From Nitrospirales bacterium (GTDB taxonomy: Bacteria > Nitrospirota > Nitrospiria > Nitrospirales > UBA8639): a DNA stretch of 64,000 nucleotides. The stretch spans positions 608,001-672,000 of the forward strand of contig CBDBCZ010000011.1 of assembly GCA_965203295.1 (NCBI GenBank). Reading direction: 5' to 3'. Each line of letters begins with the position of its first letter. Positions within the stretch are counted from its first letter, which is position 1. The translations under genes were made by a program, and so were the position numbers. Positions 20,506-33,673 of this stretch are shown piece by piece. Under the pieces are notes generated by a model. That model was not told where the DNA came from, ran no database searches, and worked only from the letters and a program-made list of their open reading frames with translations.

Positions 20506-21222
20506 GAGTGGAACCTCACTAATGTGGACACCTTGGGGACCTGGTGAAGTGTCCTGTACACAGTGGAAGCCCTCTATTGTGGACACCTTGGGGACCTGGT
20601 GATGTGTCCTGTATACAGTGGAAGCCCTCTATTGTGGACACCTTGGGGACCTGGTGAAGTGTCCTGTATACAGTGGAAGCCCTCTATTGTGGGCACCTTG
20701 GGGACCTGGTGAAGTGTCCTGTATACAGTGGAAGCCCTCTATTGTGGACACCTTGGGGACCTGGTGAAGTGTCCTGTATACAGTGGAACCCCGCTATTGT
20801 GGACACTTTGGGGACCTGGTGAAGTGTCCTGTATACAGTGGAAGCCCTCTATTGTGGACACCTTGGGGACCTGGTGAAGTGTCCTGTTTACAGTGGAACC
20901 CCGCTATTGTGGACACTTTGGGGACCTGGTGAAGTGTCCTGTATACAGTGGAACCCCACTATTGTGGACACCTTGGGGACCTGGTGAAGTGTCCTGTATA
21001 CAGTGGAAGCCCTCTATTGTGGACACCTTGGGGACCTGGTGAAGTGTCCTGTATACAGTGGAACCCCGCTATTATGGACATCTTGGGGACTGGCGAAGTG
21101 TCATGTTATAGAGAGGTGTCCTCATTTCAGGGGTAAATTTATGCATATTTGGGATATAGCAAAGTGTCCTCAATGCAGAGGTGTCCTTATTTCAGGGGTG
21201 TCCTTTATGGAGGGTTCCACTG
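20506..21222. repeat. Eleven 55-bp tandem units made from the end of a CAGTGGAACC MITE, followed by the rest of the element
   Basis: Unit CAGTGGAAGCCCTCTATTGTGGACACCTTGGGGACCTGGTGAAGTGTCCTGTATA starts at 20506, 20561 ... 21056; right TIR GGGTTCCACTG|TA ends at 21222. Confidence 0.93.
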
Positions 21223-21663
21223 TATAAGGGTCGTTTTCAAGTGAAGGGTAGAGCGTCCGCTTTAGGGGTGGGTGGTCAGGTCATCAGGTGATGTACAAAA
21301 TCGCTTTACTGGTAATTAATACGAGATGGCCACACACATTCGCTTACATACCAGTCAGGCTAGCACTATATTCAGGCTTGCATTAAAGTGATATCATATC
21401 AGTGGAATTTGACCCCCTATCCATTGTACAGCCGAGGTAAAGAAATGTATATGCATATATCTGCATGTGGCCTCAGGGCGGCGTCATGTTCGCCGAATTT
21501 ACCGTGAAGAATGGAAGGATCGATGTCACTCAGAACGGTGGTCAATAGTTAGACAAAATTGGCATATGTACGGCAGGAAATTCTCGCACAGTGCAAGTGT
21601 ACTGCAAAGACTTTTGAACGTGCCTGCCAGTCAGTTGTAGTGAGTATTAGTCACGACAACACA

Positions 21664-21997
21664 ATAGAGAGTTTTCATTGACATCATCTTACGTCATGTG
21701 CATGTAGCAACTGTTGCCAGGGCGCCATTTGGTGGGCAGCAAATGTACATAGCCATACGCTTAAAGACCGGAAGTTACTCTCGTAGTCTAGACAGCAGAT
21801 TCACTCAATTTATCCCGCCTGAAAACTGACTTACAGTGATAGTTGAGATACTGAACACGTAAGTTCCCAGCAGCTCTTGTTTTTGAGATCACTGTATAAC
21901 GTGCCAATCTAGTTGCCCACGCAAGTTGGGCAAAGGAACGTGTCACGGATATACTGCTGGAGCATGTGATCTATGACGACACATGAAAACTCTCTAT
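21664..21997. mobile_element. ~335-bp MITE with ATAGAGAGTTTTCA terminal inverted repeats (copy 1)
   Basis: TIR at both ends; a closely similar inverted copy lies at 41550-41888. Confidence 0.88.
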
Positions 21998-22439
21998 ACA
22001 GTAGCTACATGTATCACAGACTAGTGTAGCCACCTCAGTGTAGCCTTGTGTTGAGTTGCTCAGGATGGAGAAAAGGTGGTAGGCAGCCGTGTTCGTGCAA
22101 GTTTCATCAGTTGCTAACTGGAAGCACACAACGAAACAGCAGAGTCAGCATTTTTGCTATGTAAGTTTGAATTGTTATCTGCTTATTCAAGAGAGACAGC
22201 CTTACATATACATATACATGTTGTAAATTCTTAGCTTGACATGTTTCTGAGCTGAGCTGATACTGTGGCATTTCAGACACGTGAAGAGATGTAGTCAAGA
22301 TACAGCGCTGACGCGAAAATTGTTAAAAAATTTCCCAATCTACAGTATTTAACTTGTACATGTTCTGTTAGTACCATTTCTAATAGCTACTAAACACCTC
22401 TACACACATTAGCTCACCGCATGCTCTCTGCACATGCAG

Positions 22440-23010
22440 ACACAAGTCTACTACATGTACATGTACTAACCACCTATGGCAACTCAGCTCTTACAGTTAC
22501 TCGACACAATTAAGTCTACTACATGTACACTGTACATGTACATGTATATGTACTAACCACCTACGGTAACTCATCTCCTACAGATTTAATTAAGTCTACT
22601 GTAGGTATACAAGTACGTGTACTAACGCACCTATGGCAACTCAGCTCTTACAGTTACTCAGACACAATTAAGTCTACTACATGTACACTGTACATGTATA
22701 TGTATATGTACTAACCACCTACGGTAACTCATCTCCTACAGACTTAATTAAGTCTACTGTAGGTATACAAGTACGTGTACTAACGCACCTATGGCAACTC
22801 AGCTCTTACAGTTACTCAGACACAATTAAGTCTACTACATGTACATGTACTAACACACCTATGGCATGTACATGTACATGATTGTACTAACCACCTACGG
22901 TAACTCATCTCCTACAGACATAGTTAAGTCTACTGCATGTATTTCAGTTCTGTATCTCTGCATGTACATGTACTAATGCACCCATGGCAACTCATCTCCT
23001 ACAGTTACTC
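22440..23010. repeat. Complex tandem repeat, ~158-bp period with internal subrepeats
   Basis: Units start at ~22523 and ~22681; AAGTCTACT and GCAACTCA/GTAACTCA recur. Confidence 0.85.
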
Positions 23011-23752
23011 AAAAGCAATGATATGTACTTTAGAGGAGCTCAGTGGCAGACAATACAAGGTGAGCACGAGCCACTCAAGGTGAACAGCGGTTTGTTTGTA
23101 TTAATGTTCAGTAACACGGTCCACTCAGCGGTGAGGGTCATTAAATTACTGTACCAGGCTCAGTTCTGCACCTCCGCTGCAGTACACCATTATATAGCAA
23201 CACAAGCAGAGGAAAGCTGACTCCGTACATGTAGCAGGCAGGAGTTTGAAAAGCATTGGATACGCTCTCAGAATTAATGGATGGACATAAATACTGTAGT
23301 TAGTCCTTCCTCCAAGTACCCTGTAACCCAGCCCTCCCCCCTCGTGACTATGCATATAGTCCTTGTGATATAGTGTTGTCCTGCATGCATGCAACCCCAT
23401 TTAATCAGGCGGAGCACAACCTGAACACCAATTGCCAACGTACAATGTACATGTATGTGATGTGCTTCGATGTTATGTAGGGGTTCGAAAAGATGCTGCA
23501 TGTAGGCACCTCCTGGGGGGGTCTGGGGGTAGCCCCTCAGGAAATTTGAGGTGTTTTGGGGCCCCCAAACTTCAGTTACATGCATGTACAACTACATGTA
23601 TATAAAATTTCAAAAATGGGGAGGGGGAATCCAGATGGCTCTCTCTGTATGAACACATGCCAATATACAGTCATGCAGCCCAACCTTCACTACAGTACAT
23701 GTACTAGTGCCTGTCCCACCTTCGCTACCATATTAGCACATGCACCGCCTAC

Positions 23753-26700
23753 CTCCTCAGATGGCGACTGGCTTCCCCTCCTGTCCCCGACCGGAGAGCG
23801 GAGCAGCTTGTCCCTCTGGGCGCTACTGATGAGCGTCTTGGACGGGTCGTACGACTCACTGGAAGCATTCCGCTGCCGCTTTATGGCAACCCTCGACCCC
23901 CGACGAATATCCAGGCTGGTCTCGATGGGACAGACATCCTCAGAGCATTCGTCCGGCTCCGCATCGCTGCTGCTGTCGTCCCCACTGACGTCTTGGATCA
24001 CGCCGTTGACCGAGAGGGAGGAGGATGGGCCTTTCATGGTTGCCGTGGTGACCCGGAGCAGGGGGCAGTGGAGTCTGGGTTTCTCCGTTCGTGTGAGCTG
24101 GTCGAGCAGGCTGGAGTTGTGGAACGACGAGCGCATATCGGCTGGCGCTGATAGGTTACCTGTGTAGTGTTATTTTACGGAAAACAAGTATTTTAGTAGG
24201 AGCAAAAACAGATTTATAAAACTAGAATTTCAAATGTAAACTAGAACTGTTCAAATAAAGGTGTTTTAGTAATCCTTTTTGTCGGTTAACTAAAACTGAA
24301 ACTAAATTTTTCCTTCATTAAAAGCCTTTTTAAACCCAAATATCGTGCGTATGCGCGGACATTAACCATAGTGCACATAGCTTGCTCACATATATGAGTA
24401 AATATTTCAAAATCACACATTTGCGCTAAAATTAGTACCCTCAAATAATACATGTAGTCACACCTTAAGGTTTATAACTTCAAGTGACATTTTTTACAGT
24501 GTTTTAGTAAACCATTTAGTTGACTAACTAAAACAGAAAGCTTTTTAAACCTAATTATGTAAACCCATACTAAAACTTACCAGAGGTAAGCATGTCCTGG
24601 GACACTAGCTCCTTGGACCGGTATCCCGTGGAGGACGAGAGCCCTTCCGAGTCATCTCCCATCGTGGTGATCATGTCATAGAGCTCCCGCGAGAGAGTCC
24701 TGTCCACCTTTCCCTTCCGGCTGACGGCCTGGCGAGAGGGGATTGAGGCAACATCATCGTCCTCCTGGGTGACATCACTCTCGGGGGAAACACTGACGAC
24801 CCTGCCCGTCTTGGGGTCCAGCTTCCTCGCTTCCACTTGGAGGTAAGAAGCCGCGCTGCTCGGGTCGGTGGTGGCCCTCGGTCGGCCGGATTCTGAGCCG
24901 GATGAACCGGATCTCGGTTTGGCATCGTCGTCCGAGCTGTGGACGCTCGTCTCAAGTACGTGTTCTTCGTACTCCTCTTTCTCGTTCCCGTTTTCCAACG
25001 TCGGCTCGATCGTTGCGTCCATCTGAAAGTCTACCATTTCGCCGCTACTCCTGGCACTGTTGCTCCTCTTCTTAACTGCGATTCTCTTCTTCGATTTCCT
25101 ACCGGCTATCTTTGATCGCGGCTCGGTCAGTCCATGACCTTTCACCTCTTCCACCTCGTTCGGCTTGTCCTCGGTAGAGGTCTCACCTTGGTCTTTCAAC
25201 TTCCGTCTTCCGAGACGAGGCGAAAACCACCTGCCTTTGTTCTGCTTTGCCACCGGCAGCTCGCTCTTGCTTCCCTTCATCTTCCTCTTCGAACTGGGGC
25301 TTCCCTTCACGGGGCTACCCCTCTCTTTATTTTTCCGGCCCACCTTTGGACTCTCCGTACCAGATATCTCGACTTCGTCGTACAATTCTTCACCCTGCCA
25401 CGTTTCGCTCTGATTCGATAATCCGTGGTGCAGGTCCGCTGGTCTGGGTGGGAGGGCAGGGGGCGTATCGCTGACAGCCATAACACCGTAGTATTCACCC
25501 GGAATGGTAGCATATAGGTCCTCAGTGATGACACACTCGACTTCTGCGCTCTCGACCGCAACGGTATAACTTTGGGAAGCCGACTGCCGATTAGATTCCG
25601 ACTTTCCTTTAGCAGTTCCCTCGACGTCATCGTAAACTGCATCGCCGTTTTCCGATTCGCCGCTCGCAACTCCGTTTGGTAATTGGGTGCTTGCTGCCTT
25701 CTTCTGCGAAGCTGGAACCACCACATCCTCGTAAACATCGTCAGCTTCCCCGGCCAGGACGGACGACATAGACTTGGACTGCGACCTCCGTTTCAAATGT
25801 GGCGAACTCTCTGGGGAGTTTTTCGGTGAGCGTTTCGGCGAGCTTCTGGACAAACGCTTGGGCGCGTGTCTCGGGGAGGTGTGGGGGGAAACTCTCGGAG
25901 ACGTAAGGCTCTCCCTCTCCTGCGCTCTCTTCTTCTCTATCTCCGCCCACAGTTTTATCCTGTCTTGGATGCTCACAGATTCCTTGGACACCGACCACGT
26001 TCTCAGGGAGTTCTCCACTCTCTGGCGGGGTGTCTTGGATTCTCTGGTCGGCGATACGGAGCTGTCTTTCGGAGTCTTGTCGTCTAGAACCGGGGCGCTG
26101 GCTATCCGCTCCCTACCGCCCTTGAGAGCCGAAACTCTGCTCCTAAAAGCAGGGATCGGCTCCTGGGAGTTCATCCGGTCCTTCTGAAGGAAGGGGTTGG
26201 TTTCGATCCTGCTCGTTCCGCCGGGGCTCAAACTTCGCTCGCTGAGGCCGTTCGAGGCGGTGGCATGCAACTTGGTCTTGGAAGACCCCTGTCGTTTGGG
26301 ACTCGATTGATCCGAGGAGGAAGAGCCGGACAGTCTGGGACTAGTCGTCCTCTTCCAGGAAGGGTCCCGGCTGGGCGAGGTCACGACCCCGATGGGCTTG
26401 ATCACCGGGTCTTTCTCACTCGTGGAGGCAGAGCCGGCAGTTTGGAACTTCTTGCCTGACTTGAAATGCCGGAGGGTCGTTTGTACTCTGGTGTCGACGG
26501 GGATTACATCGTCGGGGTTGATCGCCAGACTGATGATCTTCCCGGCGAGCTGCGGTCCGTTGCGTGCATTCGCTCCTGGAGCCACTCGTCTGAGTTCGTT
26601 CCTCCCGAGGCTTCGAGTCACCCGCGGATTGCGCATTTCTTCTTCCAGCTCTCCCCCGCTATTTCCGCTGTCTTGCTCGTCGACGTCCGAGAGGACATCC

Positions 26701-27104
26701 GGCGATAGGATCCCCTTGATCTCCTCGCGCTGGAGGCTCCTCGACGACCCTGCCCCCAATTGATGAGTCGGGGGTGTGGCACTCCGTCTCCCACGCAAAC
26801 TCCCCGCGCTAGACGCCGGTGAAGTGATAGATCCGGTGCTCGAAGTCCTCATGATCTTGATGCTCGACCTCTTACAGAAATCGTTCGCCCCAGAGGTGCC
26901 CAGATAGTCTCCCACGCTCTCCGATCTGGAATTGAAGGCTGAGATCATGTTGGCAACTCGTGATTCCTTCCCCACGGCACTCTCCGATAACCTGTTGGGA
27001 CGTCGGGAGACGAATTTGCCGAGTTGGGAGGGCTGGGAAGAGCTGGATTCCGGGTGGACTTTGTCCGACGGCCGTTTAGTCCGTTGATTGGATGAGGTAG
27101 ACAT
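23753..27104 (-). CDS. Two exons encoding ~975 aa of Ser/Arg/Pro/Glu-rich low-complexity sequence; probable long N-terminus of the RhoGEF
   Basis: Exon 27104-24581 runs from ATG to TCT G|GTAAGT and joins in frame to exon 24159-23753 (cag|GT AAC...GAG GAG|GTAGGC). That exon ends in phase 0, matching the phase-0 SH3 exon at 7146. The ORF is long and GC-rich. Linkage to the RhoGEF is inferred, and extra exons in between are possible. Confidence 0.8.
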
Positions 27105-27225
27105 CGTTGATATCTTACAGTAGGCTGTGGCTGTGGTTATTTATTATAGAGGCACATGTATAGTGTTGTCCTGCATGAGTAAAAAAATACATTGCAGATT
27201 GCTATAAAGCCTTTGGTATGATATA

Positions 27226-27403
27226 CAATGGAACCCCTCTAAAAAGGTCACCCCTAAAATAAGGACGTCTCTGCATTAATGACACTCTGCTATGTCCCAA
27301 ATATGCTTTCTCTATATAATTTTATCCTCAAAATTAGGACACCTCTATATACAGGACACTACACCAGGTCCCCAGTGTGTCCACAATGGGGGTGGGTTCA
27401 CTG
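27226..27403. mobile_element. CAGTGGAACC-family MITE copy
   Basis: TA|CAATGGAACCCCTCT ... TTCACTG|TA. Confidence 0.75.
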
Positions 27404-27599
27404 TAAATGATTGTAGGTATCCAAATATACGAGTCTGCATGGGCTACAGACGTACACAATATTAGGCAGCAACTGCAAGGACGAATACTAAACAGTCTGG
27501 TATATCATACATGTATAGCAGTGTCAAGCAACCAGTAATATGCTTGAGTTCACTTGAGTGGCAGTTCTCTTGGCCTGTGAAACGTGTACACGAGTGCTG

Positions 27600-28190
27600 G
27601 CCAGTATAGTGTACGCAGATGATGTATTTACAATGCATGATGTATGACTCATGCATGGCTATGCGCCCACACACCATATGGACTGATATAAACACGACAA
27701 CTTGATTACTAGTACTGTAAGGGGAAGTATAGCATACGTATTGGCATCCATATTTACAATGCATGATGTATGACTCACGCATGCTTATGCGCCCACACAC
27801 CATATGGACTGATATAAACACGACAACTTGATTACTAGTACTGTAAGGGGAAGTATAGCATACGTATTGGCATCCATATTTACAATGCATGATGTATGAC
27901 TCAAATATCCTGTCCATGCACACAATGATATTATTACATGTAGTACTATATGGGGAAATACATGTATAGTGTATGCAGTATTTTATAGGCTTCCATATTT
28001 CAATGCATGATGTGTGACTCATATATCCTGCCTATGCACACAATGATATTACTAGTACTATAAGGGGAACTATAGTGTATGCAGTTAAATTACTGGCATC
28101 CATACATGCAATCTTTACAATGCACGAAGCCATGACTCATACATTCTGCCCACACACCACATGGACTGATGTAAACACTGTGTATGTAAC
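27600..28190. repeat. 126-bp tandem repeat with decayed outer copies
   Basis: ATTTACAATGCATGATGTATGACTC at 27626, 27752 and 27878. Confidence 0.85.
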
Positions 28191-28286
28191 TATATTATAG
28201 TGCTTCCTGTACAGAAACATACAGTGGCCATGAGAGATCGCAACTTCAGTTCTGGTTTTAAAGAGCTTCAGCACATGATGTGTGTC

Positions 28287-28453
<167 letters not shown>

Positions 28454-29146
28454 GTAATTAATTCACAGGAATGTTGTGTACTTCTAAATGATTTGTGATG
28501 CGAGTTTCAGTGTAAGCCTATACATGTAGCTATTCTAGCGACAGCTGTTGGGGGCTGCCGGGCTGAGAGTCACATGATCGTGGTGAAGCCCCATGCTGGT
28601 TTTGGCCAGACCTCATGGCTGTAACAATTTCAGGGAACTGTCCTCCTCTTTAACTCTCTGTTTTTGGTGGTTGCGAACTGTGGCTTCTGGTTTTTCTGCA
28701 TTCCCAAGTTCTCGCTCCTACCTAACCTGTAGCTTTTTTTAGAATTACTAAATGTTTGTAGGATATATATAACAACTTGTCCAATATATGTATATGCTTT
28801 AATGGAGAGATTGATGCTACATGTACGTCACTGCAATATATATGGCCAATATCCTTACTTTTAGCTGCATTCTCTGGCTGCCTAAATAACTATAGGGCAT
28901 ATGGCTCTGCTTTACATCAGACATTACATCATGCTCTGGCAATTCTTGAGGTTGAAAGTACACCTTGGGTCAACATATTTGATTTGCCCTTTAAGCTGAA
29001 AGGTGATCACTCATCATTAGTGAGTGACCACTGGGCCTTCAGCCATCTGGTAAGGGTTCTAAAAAGGACAATCCATCATGAGAAGAACCTTCACAGTAGC
29101 CTCAACAACCAACCACAGGCTGGGCACGCTATCTCCTTTTTCTGAC

Positions 29147-29530
29147 GCCTCGATCTCTGACACTATAATAGTTTGGGAATAAGGCTATGGAAACACTTCC
29201 GTGGTATGTCGTCTCGGTCTCTGACTCTAATAGTTTGGGAATAAGGCTATGGAAACACTACTGTATGTGGTATGTCGTCTCGGTCTCTGACTCTAATAGT
29301 CTGGGAATGAGGCTACAGAGACACTACTGTACGTGGTATGTCGTCTCGGTCTCTGACTCTAATAGTCTGGGAATGAGGCTACGGAAACACTACTGTACGT
29401 GGTATGTCGTCTCGGTCTCTGACTCTAATAGTCTGGGAATGAGGCTATGGAAACACCACTGTACGTGGTATGTCGTCTCGGTCTCTGACTCTAATAGTTT
29501 GGGAATGAGGCTACAGAGACACTACTGTAT
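29147..29530. repeat. 66-bp tandem repeat, ~6 copies
   Basis: TGGTATGTCGTCTCGGTCTCTGACTCTAATAG.. at 29202, 29268, 29334, 29400 and 29466. Confidence 0.93.
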
Positions 29531-29899
29531 TATGTCGTCATCACACTACTGTAGTGTTTCCAGGCCGATGGTAGCAAAGTGAAGGACCAGCAATCACAGA
29601 GTAGCCTTGTTCCCATACATGTGCATGTACATTTTACCAGTGTAATGTACATGTACATGTACGTCTTCTGCTAGTACACACACACACACACACACAGTAG
29701 CTTTGCTCCTATACATTTTACCAGTGTACTGTACATGTATGGCTTCTGCTAGCACACATGCACACACACACATCAATTCAGCTAGAGTTCCACACTTTCA
29801 TTGTGGACGACCACAAATCAAACCACACCTCTAGGAGTTGCTATATATAGCTCATCTTTCCCTACTGTTGTAGATAGTCCATCCTATCAAAAGCCAAAA

Positions 29900-30480
29900 G
29901 TATGTATGCTATAGGAGAAAGTATAATGGCTTTCCCACGCACTCTACAGACTTCACATAACAAGGATTTCATACTGAAGGTCATACCATGCAGTACTCAT
30001 ATAGGCAAATGGCAATTCAGTTTGAAATACACATCACTGCTAATTTAGAGCTTGTGCAATTACTCCACCAGTAGGAGTGAAATTTGCCCAAGTATGTTGC
30101 CACAAGTATGTCAGCTATAGGAGAATGTCTGCTATAGGAGAAAGTATAACAGCTTTCCCATGCACGCTACAGACTTCACATAACAAGGATTTCATACTGA
30201 AGGTCATACCATGCAGTACTCATATAGGCAAATGGCAATTCAGTTTGAAATACACATCACTGCTAATTTAGAGCTTGTGCAATTACTCCACCAGTAGGAG
30301 TGAAATTTGCCAAAGTATGTTGCCAAAAGTATGTCTGCTATAGGAGAAAGTATAACAGCTTTCCCATGCACTCTACAGACTTCACATAACAAGGATTTCA
30401 TACTGAAGGTCATACCATGCAGTACTCATAATTTATACATAATTGGCAATTCAATTTGAAGTACATATCACTGCTACATG
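29900..30480. repeat. ~205-225-bp tandem repeat, 3 copies
   Basis: GCTATAGGAGAAAGTATA...CAGACTTCACATAACAAGGATTTCATACTGAAGG occurs three times. Confidence 0.9.
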
Positions 30481-32538
30481 TATGGTAGTCAATTTGGGAC
30501 TCACAATTACTCTACAAGTAGGAGTGGAATATTCAAAACTTGGTTAGGGGCAAACTATAATTATGTACATGCATACTAAGGCTACATTCACAGGAATAGG
30601 ATTGGGCTTATGAACCCAGAACTTGTATGTAGCTTGAACTACAGTGTACATGTATTTTCCAATTGAGCATACCTGCATAAAGCCTGCAGCTAGCTTATAT
30701 TATGTGTGCATGTACAGTAGTTCCCCAGAGTGTGTACTGAGCCATGACGAAGGATACATGTACATCACTGCAGCCATGCAAAATGCTGGCAGTGATGAAG
30801 AGTATTTCAGGCTTGAATTTAAGACACTCCAGAGTGAGTATAAATTGTGTGTGGGTGTGTTTATTTGTGTTAGCCGTATCAGTATCCACTGCATACAGGA
30901 GAAATTAATTGAATTTTAACTCTATGTTAAAGATACTGAGTAAGGGCTGTGTAATGTGTACTCATAAAGTTCCAAGGCCCACGCACATGCTTAATATTGG
31001 CTATTGTGGGCCTTCTGATGCACGGTGGAAGGGTAGTAAATTATATGGGCAAGGAGAGTTGCAGTTCAAAGGCGACGAAAGTGATTTATACCTTCCAACT
31101 ACATCTTGTTTGTATACACACAATTAATGGCTACTTAAGTGCTTGGCTACGACAGCCATCGGCTAATCGTGTCTGAGCAACCCATAAACACGAGCACCTC
31201 GCCAGCCCAGGCAACAACCAGGTGGTGCCCTTGAGTAGAATTGGCACAAAGAGCTTGAAAGCTTCCTACAATCATCCAAGTTAGGACAATACCAGTAACT
31301 GCATTAATTAATGGAAGGCCACAAAGCCATAGGATTTGACTGGGATACTGCACACAAACTCAAGCACCCACTATTCTGTGCTTATGATTAGCCTTGCCCC
31401 TGCCAATTTGTTTGTCCCCCCCTTTCCTCTCCCCCCCCCCCCCCCTGATGTGCTGGCAATGGAGACTGGGAAGGAGGCGATCATTACTCGTTGTATACAC
31501 GTACATGTACATACATGTACATACATGTAGGCTTAAAAATCGATTGCTTTCTCCAGTACACAGTGGATGTCAATACGGCAAACACAAATAAACATATACA
31601 CAAACACACCTATATAATAATACATACACAACATTCATTCCCTGCCCACTCAACCTGCCCCCTGGCACTACGAAAGCCCGGTTTATTTTCTCAACATCTA
31701 ACATAAAAACTCCCTATAAATCCATATGGGCCTTAAGGAAGCAGGACTCCACTGATGAGGGGGTCAAACCAAATGAGGAGAGCCTGGACTGGTGGCAGCT
31801 GACACTCTCATTTGGTGTGGGAGCTGGATTACACGGCAATCCACCTCATGTCCAGGATGTGGCTAACACTTACACCAGTTTCAGGATGGAATTACACTTG
31901 TCCAGTATAATAAAATGGCATTCATTGCCAGTTTAAGTGCCTGTGTAAATGGGCTGTAACTTGCTTTACCTACAGCTAGCTACCCACTCAGTTGGACGAA
32001 CGCACACCATGGCAACCCACCTCCATGGCAACCCACCTCATGTCCAGGATGTGGTTACCACTTAAATCAGCTTAGGAATGGGATAGCACTTGTCCAGAAT
32101 CAGAATAATTATAATTTCAGAAAGCTCAGTCTCCATTACCAATGTGTTTGGCCTAGTTTCCTAACTCTGATAGCTAAATCAGCTTAGGAATGTATAGTAC
32201 TTGTCCAGAATCAGTACAATTAAGTGGGAGCCTGAGCCCTAAGTGCCTGGTGTAAATTGGCTTAACTAGGTTATTAACCACTATATCTACCCACTCACTT
32301 GGACCAGCACACACCATCTGACCCCCCCACACTGGTCAGCACCTGTAACTCACTCACTTACCCAGTGAGTTGGCTGCCCACTCATTTGGACTCTGGCCCA
32401 CCACCCCTTACCCCTGGGGGCTAAATGTACATGCAGCACCTGCCAATGCACTAAACACCACACAGTAGCAGTGGGGACAATGGTATACGAAGCTCAATGA
32501 GAAACAATACACCTGTAAATAAACACAGTTTCGTTGCC

Positions 32539-33005
32539 AAAGACGGTGCCTCTTAATGCACTATGTGTGTCACAGGCCTGGTTCGTTCTATCTTGCAAAG
32601 ACGGTGCCTCTTAATGCACTATGTGTGTCACAGGCCTGGTTCGTTCTATCTTACAAAGACGGTGCCTCTTAATGCACTATGTGTGTCACGGGCCTGGTTC
32701 GTTCTATCTTACAAAGACGGTGCCTCTTAATGCACTATGTGTGTCACGGGCCTGGTTTGTTCTATCTTGCAAAGACGGTGCCTCTTAATGCACTATGTGT
32801 GTCACGGGCCTGGTTCGTTCTATCTTGCAAAGACGGTGCCTCTTAATGCACTATGTGTGTCACGGGCCTGGTTCGTTCTATCTTGCAAAGACGGTGCCTC
32901 TTAATGCACTATGTGTGTCACGGGCCTGGTTCGTTCTATCTTGCAAAGACGGTGCCTCTTAACGCACTATGTGTGTCACGGGCCTGGTTCATTCTATCTT
33001 GCAAA
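32539..33005. repeat. 58-bp tandem repeat, 8 near-identical copies
   Basis: Unit AAAGACGGTGCCTCTTAATGCACTATGTGTGTCACGGGCCTGGTTCGTTCTATCTTGC, with no spacers. Confidence 0.96.
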
Positions 33006-33494
33006 AACTCTTCTTCCCTGCATATTTCACTGGACTCAACTCCTTCGGCATCCACTGTATCCAGTGTATCGTATTCCACAAACAAAACAGCTGGACTATA
33101 TGCCAAAACAATGGTGACTCCTGGGACAAGTATGAATCCAATACTATAACAATTACAACAATTGTGCAGTGACTATAACACGTGATAGCTATTACCTCTG
33201 ATACATAATATAAGTCCAAAGAAGGCATACATTTGAGGCACCATTATGGATATGTGCCCTGCCCCCCAAGGCTGTGGAAGCATGACTGATAACCCTGGGC
33301 ATATACCTGATAAGCACTAGCTGAGATTCTGTTGCTCACACATGTAGCTAGGTAGCAAATATTGTGAAATCGGCAACAAAATACTGCAAACAATGTGTAG
33401 TTGCCTTATATCAATGGGCTCTACACTGTCTACTATTCAGTGCCTTTATTCTTTAGTACTACATGTACATAACTAAGTCACATTGACATATTAT

Positions 33495-33673
33495 CAGGGT
33501 TCTGCCCACACTGGTCGGCAGTGGTCGGGTCTAACCACCACTCAGCCTTTTTGACCACCACTCAGCTAATGTTTAACTCTATTTACAACATGGGAGAACG
33601 TCCGTTTAGCTAAAAGAAGTGCCTTGGAGATTGAATTTTGACCACCACTCAACGTCTCCTAGGCAGAACCCTG
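33495..33673. mobile_element. Short hAT-like MITE
   Basis: TIR CAGGGTTCTGCC/GGCAGAACCCTG; TATTAT on both flanks; internal ACCACCACTCA subrepeats. Confidence 0.7.

Noticed and set aside
24671..26763. Many overlapping ORFs within the large exon
   Set aside because: They are shadow frames of a GC-rich coding exon.
27462..28022. 186-aa Cys/Tyr-rich ORF
   Set aside because: It arises from the 126-bp tandem repeat and has no recognisable domain.
32539..33005. CRISPR-like appearance of regular repeats (also 20506-21110, 29147-29530, 42387-42580, 58915-59270)
   Set aside because: Units are contiguous and near-identical with no unique spacers, there are no cas genes, and the context is eukaryotic.
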